NCBI GenBank assembly: GCA_036338595.1
Contig: JAYZBV010000109.1
Span: 981-64,980, forward strand
DNA from: Planctomycetota bacterium
Lineage (GTDB): Bacteria > Planctomycetota > UBA8108 > UBA1146
Length of the DNA stretch: 64,000 nucleotides
Direction: 5' to 3'
In this document: one piece after another, positions 19,980-29,789 of the stretch
Layout: every line of letters begins with the position of its first letter
How positions within the stretch are numbered: the stretch's first letter is position 1
Position numbers and translations under genes: made by a program
The notes under the pieces: model-generated
The model's input: only the letters and a program-made list of their open reading frames with translations
Told to the model about the DNA's origin: nothing
Databases searched by the model: none

Positions 19980-21071
19980 ATGGCGAAAAATCTCGAGTCC
20001 AAGGGCACCTTCTGGCAGCGACTACAATCGATTTCACTGACACTCATTCTCGCGCTATTGCTCATCTGGTTCTTCGGATTTCTTCGTTACGATGTAGGTG
20101 ATCTGGAAGGACCAGATCGGCAGAGTTACATCGGTGCTCTGGACCAGGGGCCACAGGAACAACTAGACGATCTGATTGCACAGCAGCGTGAAATCCGTCG
20201 AGAACTTCAACGGAACAGGAGTCTTCAGCAGGACTACAAGGCGAGCAAGGAGAATGCTCGCCAGGTGATGGAAGAGATCTCAGCATTGCACAGGCTGAGT
20301 ATCGAACAGGGCCTCCAGCCCCCCGAGGAAGACGTTCTTGCGCTAGCAGATGCACGTTCTCGTTTTCTTTCTTCGCAGGAAAAACTTGAAGCAGCGAACA
20401 TCGCCGTGACAGAGAGAAACTCGAGGGATTTCGAACTGACCGACGACATCCAAAAACAACGTGAAGTGGTCAAGAAGCACAACATCCCCGCCACCGAACA
20501 ATTTAGCGCCGCTTACGATTCGCATAGGCTCATGATTGCGATCTACAAGCTGGGGATTCCATTGCCGATGTTCTTGATTGCTGCCTGGTTGGTCAAGAGG
20601 TACAGGAGAAGCCCCTATCGGCCAATATTCTTTGCACTCCTTGTCGCAACCTTCTGGGAGGTAGGGGTCATTGCTTACGAGCATTTCCCCCGAGTGTACT
20701 TCAAGTACATCGCCATCGGTGTCGCCATCCTGATCGTTGGATTGTTCCTGAAGTTCACCCTGAGAAATCTCTCGACTCCGCCCAAAGATCTATTGCTTCG
20801 TCGATATCGAGAATCTTATGAAAAGTGCCGCTGCCCCCGCTGTGATTTCCCGATCCGGAGAGGGATCTTGCGAGATGTTTTCTGGGGAAAGAAGGGTCCC
20901 TTTGTCCCCAACATCACAGAAACCGGACACCAGGATGAAAGATCATATTGCTGTCCCTCGTGTGGTACCGATCTCTTTGGTGAATGTGATTCCTGTCAGA
21001 AGATCACCCATTCATTGCTGCCGAATTGCGAGAATTGTGGCGCCGCAACACCCGTCGAATCGCTGGAGTGA
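19980..21071 (+). CDS. Membrane protein with coiled-coil region and C-terminal zinc-ribbon-like Cys clusters
   Basis: 363 aa. One N-terminal TM, a charged helical segment of about 170 aa, and further TM helices. Cys clusters CRCPRC, CCPSC, CDSC and CENC. Confidence 0.65.
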   Translation: MAKNLESKGTFWQRLQSISLTLILALLLIWFFGFLRYDVGDLEGPDRQSYIGALDQGPQEQLDDLIAQQREIRRELQRNRSLQQDYKASKENARQVMEEISALHRLSIEQGLQPPEEDVLALADARSRFLSSQEKLEAANIAVTERNSRDFELTDDIQKQREVVKKHNIPATEQFSAAYDSHRLMIAIYKLGIPLPMFLIAAWLVKRYRRSPYRPIFFALLVATFWEVGVIAYEHFPRVYFKYIAIGVAILIVGLFLKFTLRNLSTPPKDLLLRRYRESYEKCRCPRCDFPIRRGILRDVFWGKKGPFVPNITETGHQDERSYCCPSCGTDLFGECDSCQKITHSLLPNCENCGAATPVESLE

Positions 21072-21104
21072 TCGGAGGGGAGTGAACGCAGTGGAAGGAA
21101 CCGT

Positions 21105-22928
21105 TCAGGGACAGCCGGGTTCGTTACAGGGGAAAGTGAAAACCGTCACGCCGCATGCCGGGAATGGAGCGGGCGGTGGAGCGCCGCCACCGAAGGCGTA
21201 ACTGAGCAGGTAGACCGGATCCGAGATGTCGAGAGAGCCGTCACCATTGACTTCTGCGGCTTCCTGACAGGGCAATGTTGCTCCTCCAAATAGATGCCCG
21301 AGAATCAGCACGGGATCCGAGATGTCGATCTGTAGATCAGTGTTGGCATCGCCACGGATGAGCGAATCAGAGCCGCGGTGCCAGGTGATGATCTGATCGG
21401 CAGAAAAGTTGTTGCCACTCTGAACCAGGCCGTCGGGCCAGATGACCCGAATCTCACTGATCTGATCGTCAAAGCCGAGTCCGAAATGAGCAGACATCTC
21501 GCTCTGAGAGATGAAATTGTCTCCCACATCAATCCAACGATACAGTGAACCGCTGTCCGTGATGACATGTACCTTGGCGCCCACTCCATCCGCAGCGACA
21601 TCGGAACTTCCATCGTTGTCGAGGAAGATTCTCACCCAGTGTCTACTACCTGCAGCAGTGTCATTCCTGAAGTAGCGAAGATTCTCATAGTTCCCTGCGA
21701 TCACCACATCTTGGTCGCCGTCGTTATCGCTATCGAAATTCAAGATGCCACGACCAAACCCGTCGTGTATCAAACCGGAGGCGATCGATTGTTCGTTGAA
21801 GGTGTTATTGCCGAGATTTCTGAAGAAATAGGACTGCTCATTGTCGAACTGTCCGCCAGCACCATTGGTCTCGATGATGTCGACAAAGCGATCATGATCG
21901 ACATCGATGGAGATGGCACCCCAGCCGTACCCGCCGTCGTAGACACCTGCGCTTCCCGAGATTTCCTGGTAGGAATGATTCCCCTGGTTGATGTATAGCT
22001 TGTTACCTGTCCAGCCGATGTTGGGGCGATAGATGGAAGTGACATACCAGTCGATGAGACCGTCGTTGTTGTAGTCTCCCACCGTTTGTCCCATGCCATT
22101 TTCTTCCTGGGCTGTGTTGGCGCTACTGGCAATCTCGGTGAACGTGCCATCGGTATCGTTACGAAAGTAGTGACTGGTGCCAAAATCTGCGACCAGCAGT
22201 AGTTCTGGGAAAAAATCGCCATTCATATCTTGAAATCGTGGAGCAAATCCGGCAGTCCCGGAAATTCCTGAGAAGAGCCCGATGGCAGCGGTCATATCGG
22301 TGAATGTCTCGTTGCCATTATTTCGAAACAGCCTGTTGCCGCTGTTGTTACTGGCGAATCCTGCAACGAACAGGTCGAGATCTCCGTCCAGGTCATAATC
22401 TCCGAAGCAGCATCCAAATCCATCCTCGATACTGGATGTGACATTTACCCCTGCGGAAACAGCAACATTCGTAAAGGAACCCGAGCCAGAATTCCGATAG
22501 AGCCGATGATTTCCTGGCGTCCCGGTAATCCCACTGCCAGCACTGGTGACATAGATGTCGAGCCACCCGTCGTTGTTGAAGTCCCCGACTGCTGCACCTT
22601 TTCCCATGTGCACATCGGTCAGGCCCCATTCTGAGGCTCGATCGGTGAAGGTTCCGTCTCCATCATTGATGAAGAGGTGGTCGGGGATTCCAGCACCGCC
22701 ACCACTGGGCACGAAAAGATCCTGCCAGCCATCGCGATCAAAATCACCGCATACCACCGGACCTGTGTAGGTGGGGTGGTTGTAAACCCCTGGAATGAAG
22801 GTGATGCCGGCGAGGCCTGCACTGGCAGTCTCGTTACTGAACTGAGGTGCCTGAGCCAGTACTCCTGAACAGGTGAAGGTGAGCACCATCGAGATGGCCA
22901 TTGTGTACTTCACGGTAACTCCCGGCAT
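21105..22928 (-). CDS. Secreted FG-GAP/VCBS repeat protein with ASPIC/UnbV-like domain and dockerin-like tail
   Basis: Repeated loops GDFDRDGWQDLF, GDFNNDGWLDIY, GDYDLDGDLDLF and GDYNNDGLIDWY. UnbV-like block GAKVHVITDSGSLYRWIDVGDNFISQSEMSAHFGLG. Two dockerin-like repeats and a tail ending in CP. Confidence 0.85.
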   Translation of the reverse strand: MPGVTVKYTMAISMVLTFTCSGVLAQAPQFSNETASAGLAGITFIPGVYNHPTYTGPVVCGDFDRDGWQDLFVPSGGGAGIPDHLFINDGDGTFTDRASEWGLTDVHMGKGAAVGDFNNDGWLDIYVTSAGSGITGTPGNHRLYRNSGSGSFTNVAVSAGVNVTSSIEDGFGCCFGDYDLDGDLDLFVAGFASNNSGNRLFRNNGNETFTDMTAAIGLFSGISGTAGFAPRFQDMNGDFFPELLLVADFGTSHYFRNDTDGTFTEIASSANTAQEENGMGQTVGDYNNDGLIDWYVTSIYRPNIGWTGNKLYINQGNHSYQEISGSAGVYDGGYGWGAISIDVDHDRFVDIIETNGAGGQFDNEQSYFFRNLGNNTFNEQSIASGLIHDGFGRGILNFDSDNDGDQDVVIAGNYENLRYFRNDTAAGSRHWVRIFLDNDGSSDVAADGVGAKVHVITDSGSLYRWIDVGDNFISQSEMSAHFGLGFDDQISEIRVIWPDGLVQSGNNFSADQIITWHRGSDSLIRGDANTDLQIDISDPVLILGHLFGGATLPCQEAAEVNGDGSLDISDPVYLLSYAFGGGAPPPAPFPACGVTVFTFPCNEPGCP

Positions 22929-22994
22929 GAACAGGTAGATCGAAGATCTTCATCCTAGTCGACGAGTTCGCTCATGGAAACAGTCAGCAATGAG

Positions 22995-25199
22995 TCACTC
23001 GAAGGTAACCCAGCTGTGTCCTCCCGCTGCGACAGTGACCTCCAGATCGATGGAGCCATCTCGTAGTAGCACAATGGTCTTCGGGTTTCCGTCATCTACC
23101 CGGACTACGGCACTCTCGACGAGTCCGGTGTAGTAAAGTGGAATGCGAAGTTTCTTTGTTGTCGGTTCATCGAGTGGATTGAAGAGCATCAGGAGCCCCT
23201 TCTCTTTGGCAGCGGGATTCACCATCAACCAGTAGTCGAGGTCTCTGGCATCTGCCCTTCGAAGATGAATCAGATCACCTTCGAGTACCTGGCGATGTTT
23301 CTTGAACCAGTCGACACTCCTCTTGACCATCGTTCGCGTTTCATCGGTGTCGAAGAGTCGTGGTCCTCGATAACAAGCCTGCACACCAGCGCCGAGATTA
23401 CTCATCATGATTCTCTGGTAGTGATCAATATGCTGCGATAGCGGTTCAATCGTCGCTGCCGCGCCCCCGCCGTGATACTGGGTCAGGGGGACGAACATCC
23501 ATCCCATCGATCCGTTCTTGGTCCAGGTTCCATCGTAGATATTCTGACGGGTGTGGATCACCTGCTGGTCCCTGGGAAGACTCCAGTTGACCTCCCTGTA
23601 GCCCATGGCGCACTTGTTGGAGCCGGCGAGGTAGTAATAGTCGGGAACATTGAGGTACACACCATTGGCCCGGCACCACTTGTAGAAATCCGTGATGATT
23701 TTCCACTGTACCCAGCGTGAATCATTCTCACCCTTTTGAAGTGGGAGCCGTTCGGTGACATCGATGTCTCCTGGATAGGAGCCGTCATGCTCGAGCAAGC
23801 GCATACCTGTCTTGTCGAAGAACTGATACAACTTCCGGAAGTAATCTTGCCCCCAGTCGCTGGCAAGAGCGGGGCAGGAACCATGAGTGGGAGAAGTTCC
23901 CGCTGGCGAGACGATGTCATTGCCGCCGCCGATGGATCGGCTCGACAGCAGCGAATAGCCACCGATCTCGACGCCTTTCGAGCGAGCGTAATCCGCGTAG
24001 CTTTTCATCTTCTCGATGTACTCCTCGCTCTCATTCTCGATCTGAAAACCGCTACCAAAGGTCATGATGACCATCTCGAACCCGACATCGGCGCACTGAT
24101 CGATGGCCAGTTTTACTCGATCCCAGTCGGCAAATCGTGCGTGCATCATCAGTGGGTTCTCGGTGGTCCACGGAGAGATGGTGCGATACATGCGCCTTCG
24201 AGCGAGGCCTTTTCGTTCCCTGTCACTTCCGTCGTAAGGGAGCACGAAGGCGCGAAATGATTGGAACAGTTCCCCTGGAGCCAGATCTTGATCGGGGCCG
24301 ACCGTCGGCTGGACCTTCAAGAGACACGGTGTATGGCGCAGGTAATTGACCTGTGAACTGAACAACGGATCGAATTCCCAATGGACCGAATAGCGAGTCA
24401 CCGTCTCGGGATCCATGCCAGAAAATGCGTAGTCCGTCTCGACCAGAAGATCTGGAGTCGGATAGTGGACCGATCGATCTTCAACTCGTGATGTGTGTTC
24501 TACAGCGGCGATGATCTCACTGGTGAACCGATCGATGGTGATCTTCTGATCGGTGCGATTGTGGACGCTCAGCCACTTGCTGAAGCAAGGGATGCCATCA
24601 TAGAGCTCATAGTGAACCGAAATCATCACGGATTCGTCGGTAGCCTTGTCGATTCCAGGTTGGATGGCCGGGACCAGATCAAATCGAAGTGATACACCGC
24701 GTGGTGGCCACTGCACATCAGGAGAATGATGGCGAACTTGTTTCCATGCAAATCGTTCTTCTGGATAGCCGATTTCGAATCGCAGAAATTGAAAAGCAGC
24801 AGGATCGGATTCCATGTCATCGATCCACTGCTCTCGGAGGAAGGCATGATTCGGTTGTCCGGTCAAACCCCCGACATCCATCGCGACCCCGTCGATGACG
24901 ACCTGAGCTTCCGGGCGAACCGATCGCAATACCGATTCTCCGGTGACCAGATTATCGATGGCTACCGTGGCCAGATTGGGAGCGATGCGGAAAGTGCGGC
25001 GTACCAGCCCGTTTGAGAGGATGATCTCATCAGCGTTGTTGCCCCGGAAGACTCCGGCACGATAGGGCGTGGGATCTACCAACCAGTCAGTGCGCTCTTC
25101 CAGAGTCAGAAGAGGTTCCACTGGCAAATCTGAAATCAGTCCGCGAGATTCCAGGATTGGAAGCATCATGACCAGGCAACAGGCGATGCAATGAATCAT
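22995..25199 (-). CDS. Secreted hypothetical protein, possibly a TIM-barrel glycoside-hydrolase-like enzyme
   Basis: 734 aa with a signal peptide. The central region (DVGFEMVIMTFGSGF, EIGGYSLL, LLEHDGSYPGD) suggests a (beta/alpha)8 fold. I cannot assign a family by eye. Confidence 0.6.
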   Translation of the reverse strand: MIHCIACCLVMMLPILESRGLISDLPVEPLLTLEERTDWLVDPTPYRAGVFRGNNADEIILSNGLVRRTFRIAPNLATVAIDNLVTGESVLRSVRPEAQVVIDGVAMDVGGLTGQPNHAFLREQWIDDMESDPAAFQFLRFEIGYPEERFAWKQVRHHSPDVQWPPRGVSLRFDLVPAIQPGIDKATDESVMISVHYELYDGIPCFSKWLSVHNRTDQKITIDRFTSEIIAAVEHTSRVEDRSVHYPTPDLLVETDYAFSGMDPETVTRYSVHWEFDPLFSSQVNYLRHTPCLLKVQPTVGPDQDLAPGELFQSFRAFVLPYDGSDRERKGLARRRMYRTISPWTTENPLMMHARFADWDRVKLAIDQCADVGFEMVIMTFGSGFQIENESEEYIEKMKSYADYARSKGVEIGGYSLLSSRSIGGGNDIVSPAGTSPTHGSCPALASDWGQDYFRKLYQFFDKTGMRLLEHDGSYPGDIDVTERLPLQKGENDSRWVQWKIITDFYKWCRANGVYLNVPDYYYLAGSNKCAMGYREVNWSLPRDQQVIHTRQNIYDGTWTKNGSMGWMFVPLTQYHGGGAAATIEPLSQHIDHYQRIMMSNLGAGVQACYRGPRLFDTDETRTMVKRSVDWFKKHRQVLEGDLIHLRRADARDLDYWLMVNPAAKEKGLLMLFNPLDEPTTKKLRIPLYYTGLVESAVVRVDDGNPKTIVLLRDGSIDLEVTVAAGGHSWVTFE

Positions 25200-25200
25200 C

Positions 25201-25875
25201 TCAGGGCCTTCCCCAGATCTTTTTCAGTAGCGAATGAAGTTCAGGATCGTGCTGCTTCAGTTCCGGTCTCACGAAAGGGTAGAAATCGTTGGTCCCCACG
25301 AACGCTTCGGTTCCCTCGGCAAAGTACTCCTTGTGATCGGTCAGCGAGTAGTGGCGTCGGATACGTCCATTCATGTGAAGCACTTTTTCATATTTCTTCG
25401 ATTCAACCGCGGACTGAAACGCGGCAAGGATCTCCGGATCCTTGAAGGTGACGACCTGGTCGTGCCATGCGTGTGCCATTTCATGAAGCATGACCCAGGG
25501 CTGGACATTGGATCGTTTGAGTTGGACATAGGATCGTGCCTGGGGGATGTGAACGACCTTGTGGAGGTCGAGGGAATGCCCGCCCTTTTTCAACCAACCG
25601 AGGTCGGGGTGATACTGCAAGCCCTTGATTCCGGGGCGATCCAGATCCATCACGATCTTGACCTTGCGAAGCTCAGCGATCCTCTCTGGAGGCAGAACCC
25701 AGACCAGATCTCTCAGTTGCATCTCGGCCAGAGACAGCGCCTCTTCGGCCAGAGATGGCTCCTGTTCCAGCAGTCGCTTCTCGGTCCGAATCGTCCAACC
25801 CTCGACAATTCTATCGATATGAGTCGATTCGGGGCTCTGGGTCAGGGTCAGCATCGCCACCAGCAAGAGATTCAT
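25201..25875 (-). CDS. Secreted HExxH-motif protein (putative zinc metallopeptidase-like)
   Basis: Trimmed to ATG 25875 (signal peptide MNLLLVAMLTL). Contains MLHEMAHAWH. Its stop lies 1 nt from the start of 22995-25199. Confidence 0.6.
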   Translation of the reverse strand: MNLLLVAMLTLTQSPESTHIDRIVEGWTIRTEKRLLEQEPSLAEEALSLAEMQLRDLVWVLPPERIAELRKVKIVMDLDRPGIKGLQYHPDLGWLKKGGHSLDLHKVVHIPQARSYVQLKRSNVQPWVMLHEMAHAWHDQVVTFKDPEILAAFQSAVESKKYEKVLHMNGRIRRHYSLTDHKEYFAEGTEAFVGTNDFYPFVRPELKQHDPELHSLLKKIWGRP

Positions 25876-26061
25876 GGCTCCTCTTTTCCTGGAGTCATCC
25901 TTCACAGGATCAGGGCCGACTCCAGTGCTGTTTCTGCAGCGGACGTACTGCATTGACCGGGCGTGTTGCCATCGTACCTTGGCATCTTGCATGACCTCGG
26001 TGACCGGGCATATTCCCGGAACCAGGCTACAGTTACAGGCTACCGATGAAGGAGGAACAAC

Positions 26062-27417
26062 ATGTCACGCTTCACCAGGACCGTTTCTGATAACTTTGCG
26101 ATGGCCGTGGGGATGATCGCGCTGTTGGCAATACTAGTACTGGCTCCATTCCCAATGGATGCGAGTCAGCCGGAAGTGGCTTCAGCTGGCGATTCTCAGC
26201 AGGGATGGGTCAGCCTGTTCGATGGAACTTCTCATGCTTCCTGGAGGGGATACAAAAAAGACACCTTCCCGGACAAGGGCTGGAAGATGGATGACGGCTG
26301 GTTGCAGGTCACTGCAGGCGGCGGCGGCGGCGATATCGTCACGATGGATCAGTACGACGATTTCGAGCTCGAGCTGGAGTGGAAGGCGAATGCCGGGTCG
26401 AACAGCGGCATCATGTATCTGGCCAACGAAAACAATGGCGCGTCCTATTTCTCTGCGCCCGAATACCAGATCTATGGCGACGATGATCTGACCTCCAGCA
26501 GTGACACCTCATCTGGAGGACTGTATGCGCTCTACGCTCCGATGAACAAGAAATTGAATGCGGCAGGCGAGGTGAACCATGCTCGCATCGTTCACTGTGC
26601 CGGGAATGTCGAGCACTGGGTCAACGGAGTGATGGTCTTGCGGGCCAAGATCGGTTCCGTGGACTGGAATCGTCGGGTTGCAGCCAGCAAGTTCAACTCC
26701 TGGGCAGATTTTGGCACCGTCAAGAAGGGGCACATCGTCCTCCAGGATCATGGCAACGATGTCTGGTTTCGTTCCATCAAGATCCGAGAGATACCGGCAT
26801 CGCAACGCTGGCGCTTTTCTTCCGAATCTGCGCAGTTGTTCAATGGGCACAACATGGATGGCTGGTCGGCGTATCTCAATAACGACGGCCAGATGGACCA
26901 GGTGTGGTCGGTCGCTGACGGGATCATCTCCTGTGTCGGAAAACCCGCCGGATACATCTATACCGATCGGGCCTATCAGAACTTCGTTCTCGAGGTTGAT
27001 TGGCGCTGGGACCCTGTCACGAAAAAGGGCGGCAACTCAGGTGTGCTGTTCCGCCAGGTGGGAGAGCACAAGGTGTGGCCCAAGAGTATCGAGGCCCAGT
27101 TGCAGTCTGGAAGTGCTGGAGATTTCTGGTGCATCGGGGAGTTTCCGATGAAAACGGATCCTGCTCGGACACGCGGTCGAAACACCAAGCACATGGCGAT
27201 GAACGAGAATGAAGTGGGCCAGTGGAATCACTACGAGATCCACTGTATCGATGGGGATGTGGTGTTGATGGTCAACGGTAAGGTGGTCAATACCGCCAGC
27301 GACTGTGCCGAAGTTCCTGGACCCATCTGTTTGCAGTCGGAGGGGACTGCCATTCAGTTCAAGAACATCAGAATTCATGAATTGCCTGGCACGACACAGA
27401 ATGCCACGGGTCAGTGA
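26062..27417 (+). CDS. Tandem DUF1080 (3-keto-disaccharide hydrolase-like) domain protein
   Basis: GGAGGA upstream. Two copies of the DUF1080 pattern: GWVSLFDGTS...DGWLQV...YDDFELELEWK...NSGIMY, and LFNGHNMDGWSAY...DGIISC...YQNFVLEVDWRW...NSGVLFR...IQFKNIRIHEL. Confidence 0.8.
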   Translation: MSRFTRTVSDNFAMAVGMIALLAILVLAPFPMDASQPEVASAGDSQQGWVSLFDGTSHASWRGYKKDTFPDKGWKMDDGWLQVTAGGGGGDIVTMDQYDDFELELEWKANAGSNSGIMYLANENNGASYFSAPEYQIYGDDDLTSSSDTSSGGLYALYAPMNKKLNAAGEVNHARIVHCAGNVEHWVNGVMVLRAKIGSVDWNRRVAASKFNSWADFGTVKKGHIVLQDHGNDVWFRSIKIREIPASQRWRFSSESAQLFNGHNMDGWSAYLNNDGQMDQVWSVADGIISCVGKPAGYIYTDRAYQNFVLEVDWRWDPVTKKGGNSGVLFRQVGEHKVWPKSIEAQLQSGSAGDFWCIGEFPMKTDPARTRGRNTKHMAMNENEVGQWNHYEIHCIDGDVVLMVNGKVVNTASDCAEVPGPICLQSEGTAIQFKNIRIHELPGTTQNATGQ

Positions 27418-28355
27418 TTCGATCGGTATTTCTGACTGTCTTGATCCTCACGCAGGTCGGTTGCCATGGCAGCGATCTGAGGCAGGGTCGATCAGAAATC
27501 GAGCTGATCGTGCTGGGGATTGCCCAGGATGGCGCAGTTCCTCACCTCGGTTGTCAAAAACCGTGCTGTATCGCCGCGCGCAGGGATGGAATCCGTCTCG
27601 GACCCGCCTGTCTTGCACTGGTGGATCACTCCTCGGGGAAAACGGTTCTGATCGAGGCGACGCCGTCGATCGAGGAGCAGTTGTCATTGCTTCGCGATCT
27701 GACGGGGCTGGCCAATGAAGGTCGTCGCCCGATCGATACCCTGCTGCTGACCCATGCTCATATCGGACACTACACCGGGTTGATTCATCTGGGTCGTGAG
27801 GTGGCATCGACCGATGCGGTGAGAGTGCATTGCACAGGGAGGATGGCGAGTTTCCTGCGAGAAAATGGTCCGTGGAGCCAACTGGTACGGCTGGATCAGA
27901 TCGATCTTCAAGTGATCGAGAAGGGACAGCCGGTCGAGATCTTTCCCGGAGTGACGGCCACCCCGCATGGCGTTCAGCACAGGGATGAGTTCTCCGACAC
28001 GGTCGCCTGGCGCATCGAGGGGCCGAGACGTACGGTTGTCTTCTGCCCCGATATCGATGGGTGGCAAGATGGTGTTCTCGATCTACTGATCGATGGTGCG
28101 GATCTCTGTTATCTCGATGCGACGTTTTACGATGGCCGGGAACTTCCAGGGAGAGATCTGTCGGAGATTCCTCACCCTCCGATGGTGGTCACGATGGAGC
28201 ATCTTGCAGACGAGGCGCTCGAAGCGCCGGGGCGCTTTCGTTTCATCCACCTCAACCACACCAACCCGGCACTTCGAGATGGGTCGGTCCGCGCCGAGGT
28301 CAAGCGGCGCGGATTCGCCGTTGCTGAGGTGGGGGAACGTTATTTTCTGGATTGA
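27414..28355 (+). CDS. PqqB-like metallo-beta-lactamase-fold lipoprotein
   Basis: GTG 27414 overlaps the upstream stop (GTGA). Lipobox-like LTQVGC. N-terminus LIVLGIAQDGAVPHLGCQKPCC resembles PqqB. MBL-type motif LLLTHAHIGHYTG. No other pqq genes are in the window. Confidence 0.65.
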   Translation: MIRSVFLTVLILTQVGCHGSDLRQGRSEIELIVLGIAQDGAVPHLGCQKPCCIAARRDGIRLGPACLALVDHSSGKTVLIEATPSIEEQLSLLRDLTGLANEGRRPIDTLLLTHAHIGHYTGLIHLGREVASTDAVRVHCTGRMASFLRENGPWSQLVRLDQIDLQVIEKGQPVEIFPGVTATPHGVQHRDEFSDTVAWRIEGPRRTVVFCPDIDGWQDGVLDLLIDGADLCYLDATFYDGRELPGRDLSEIPHPPMVVTMEHLADEALEAPGRFRFIHLNHTNPALRDGSVRAEVKRRGFAVAEVGERYFLD

Positions 28356-28361
28356 GTCGAG

Positions 28362-29177
28362 TCAGTTTCCGGGATCGCAAAAGACATCATAGTGAGCCAC
28401 CTGCATCAGATCGCCGCGACCCAGAATCGGTCCTCGGTAATTCAGATCGTCGATGACCCTGTGCACCTGATAATCGAGGGAATCGAGAAAATCGAATAGC
28501 TGCTCACGCTGAGGTTGTGTGGTCAGCTTGAAGACTTCAGCCTTGATGAATGGCCTGGTTTTCTCGATCAGTTGGTGCATCGATCGAAGAATTTGCGCAT
28601 CGAAGCCCTCCGCATCGACCTTGATGAAGCGGAGTTTTCCGATCAGGTCGGGGTGATGTTGCGTGAGGTATGTCGGGAGGTGTTTGCCCTCTACCTTCAG
28701 CTTGAATGCATGGCCGTGACGCCACTTGCTGATGCCAACATGCAGCCCACCGTTGCAGTAGCCTTCATCGGAGTACTCGAAATCGAACTCACCGTCCTCG
28801 GGTGTGGCGGCAAATTTCAACGGGATGATCGTTCCACGCTCGCGGTTGAGCTCTGCGTTGATCTCCAGCACACGGTACACATGAGGGTTGGGTTCCAGTG
28901 CAAGAACACAACCACCCGGGCCTGTGGCGAGAGCCATCGGAAGCGCGGTATCGCCGGTATGTGCACCGATATCGATGGTCACATCCCCCGGCCCGAGAAA
29001 TGTTCTCAGTTCGGTGATCTCATCCTGGCGCACCGGCTTGTTGCTTTCCGCGGGGTGTTGCCACTGAGCATATTGAATCTTGCCATCGATGGGCAAGTCG
29101 TACTCGACCACGGTGTGGGAGTACTCCTTGAGTTTCGGCCTGAAGCCGAGCATGTAGATCAGTTCACGAGGCTTCAT
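28362..29177 (-). CDS. FkbM-family methyltransferase
   Basis: 271 aa with DIGAHTGDTALPMA and FIKVDAEGFDAQIL blocks. Confidence 0.75.
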   Translation of the reverse strand: MKPRELIYMLGFRPKLKEYSHTVVEYDLPIDGKIQYAQWQHPAESNKPVRQDEITELRTFLGPGDVTIDIGAHTGDTALPMALATGPGGCVLALEPNPHVYRVLEINAELNRERGTIIPLKFAATPEDGEFDFEYSDEGYCNGGLHVGISKWRHGHAFKLKVEGKHLPTYLTQHHPDLIGKLRFIKVDAEGFDAQILRSMHQLIEKTRPFIKAEVFKLTTQPQREQLFDFLDSLDYQVHRVIDDLNYRGPILGRGDLMQVAHYDVFCDPGN

Positions 29178-29248
29178 GGTGGAATCCTACAGTCTGCTGC
29201 CATCAAATCCGGAGATGGAAATCGGATCCCATGATGTTGAATCCGGTT

Positions 29249-29470
29249 TCAATTTTTGATCGGCAAGCCGTCTGCGTCGCGAAAACTGCCGGTAACAAGC
29301 ATGATGAAATCGACCATCGTCCAGATTCCCATTCCTCCTAATGTGAACAGCATCAACAGTCCTGTGCCGACTTTTCCGACATAGAACCGGTGGACACCAA
29401 AGGCCCCCAGGAAAAAGCAGAGAAGAACAGCTGGAACAAAGTCTTTGTCGCTCTTTTGCATTTCAGTCAT
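29249..29470 (-). CDS. TM2 domain protein
   Basis: 73 aa with [47 protein letters not shown]. Its start overlaps the upstream TM2 gene by 8 nt (ATGACTGA). Confidence 0.75.
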   Translation of the reverse strand: MTEMQKSDKDFVPAVLLCFFLGAFGVHRFYVGKVGTGLLMLFTLGGMGIWTMVDFIMLVTGSFRDADGLPIKN

Positions 29471-29768
29471 TTGATTTACCTTTCAATTTCTGGCCAGGGT
29501 AGCAAACCAGATTTCCTTGCCCATCCCGAAATGATCCGATGAGCAGCAGGATCGTGACAATGAAGGTGTGTATTCCATCGATCGCGAGTGCAATCACACC
29601 CATTACAATTTCACCGTTCATCAAACTGTAGTATCCGAAAATGGAAAGACCCAGGTCACAAAATCCTTCTAGATAGCGACCCAGATAGAAGTGTTGTATG
29701 CCAAGAATGCCAAAGACACCAGAGAGACAGACAGCGACCGTGTAGCTTTTTTCAGACCGCTGCTCCAT
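29463..29768 (-). CDS. TM2 domain protein
   Basis: 101 aa with [19 protein letters not shown]...[23 protein letters not shown], a paralogous TM2-type two-helix unit. Confidence 0.7.
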   Translation of the reverse strand: MEQRSEKSYTVAVCLSGVFGILGIQHFYLGRYLEGFCDLGLSIFGYYSLMNGEIVMGVIALAIDGIHTFIVTILLLIGSFRDGQGNLVCYPGQKLKGKSND

Positions 29769-29789
29769 GAAGCCCCTTCCAGGAACGTA

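Noticed and set aside
22942-22951. A perfect 10-bp palindrome GAAGATCTTC between the FG-GAP gene start and the end of the upstream gene.
   Set aside because: It is short, has no loop and no T-tract, and has no second copy in the window. That is not enough to call a terminator or an operator.
26317-26331. A (GGC)x5 run.
   Set aside because: It lies inside the DUF1080 gene and simply encodes a Gly loop (GGGGGD). A similar Gly run occurs in the RND permease.
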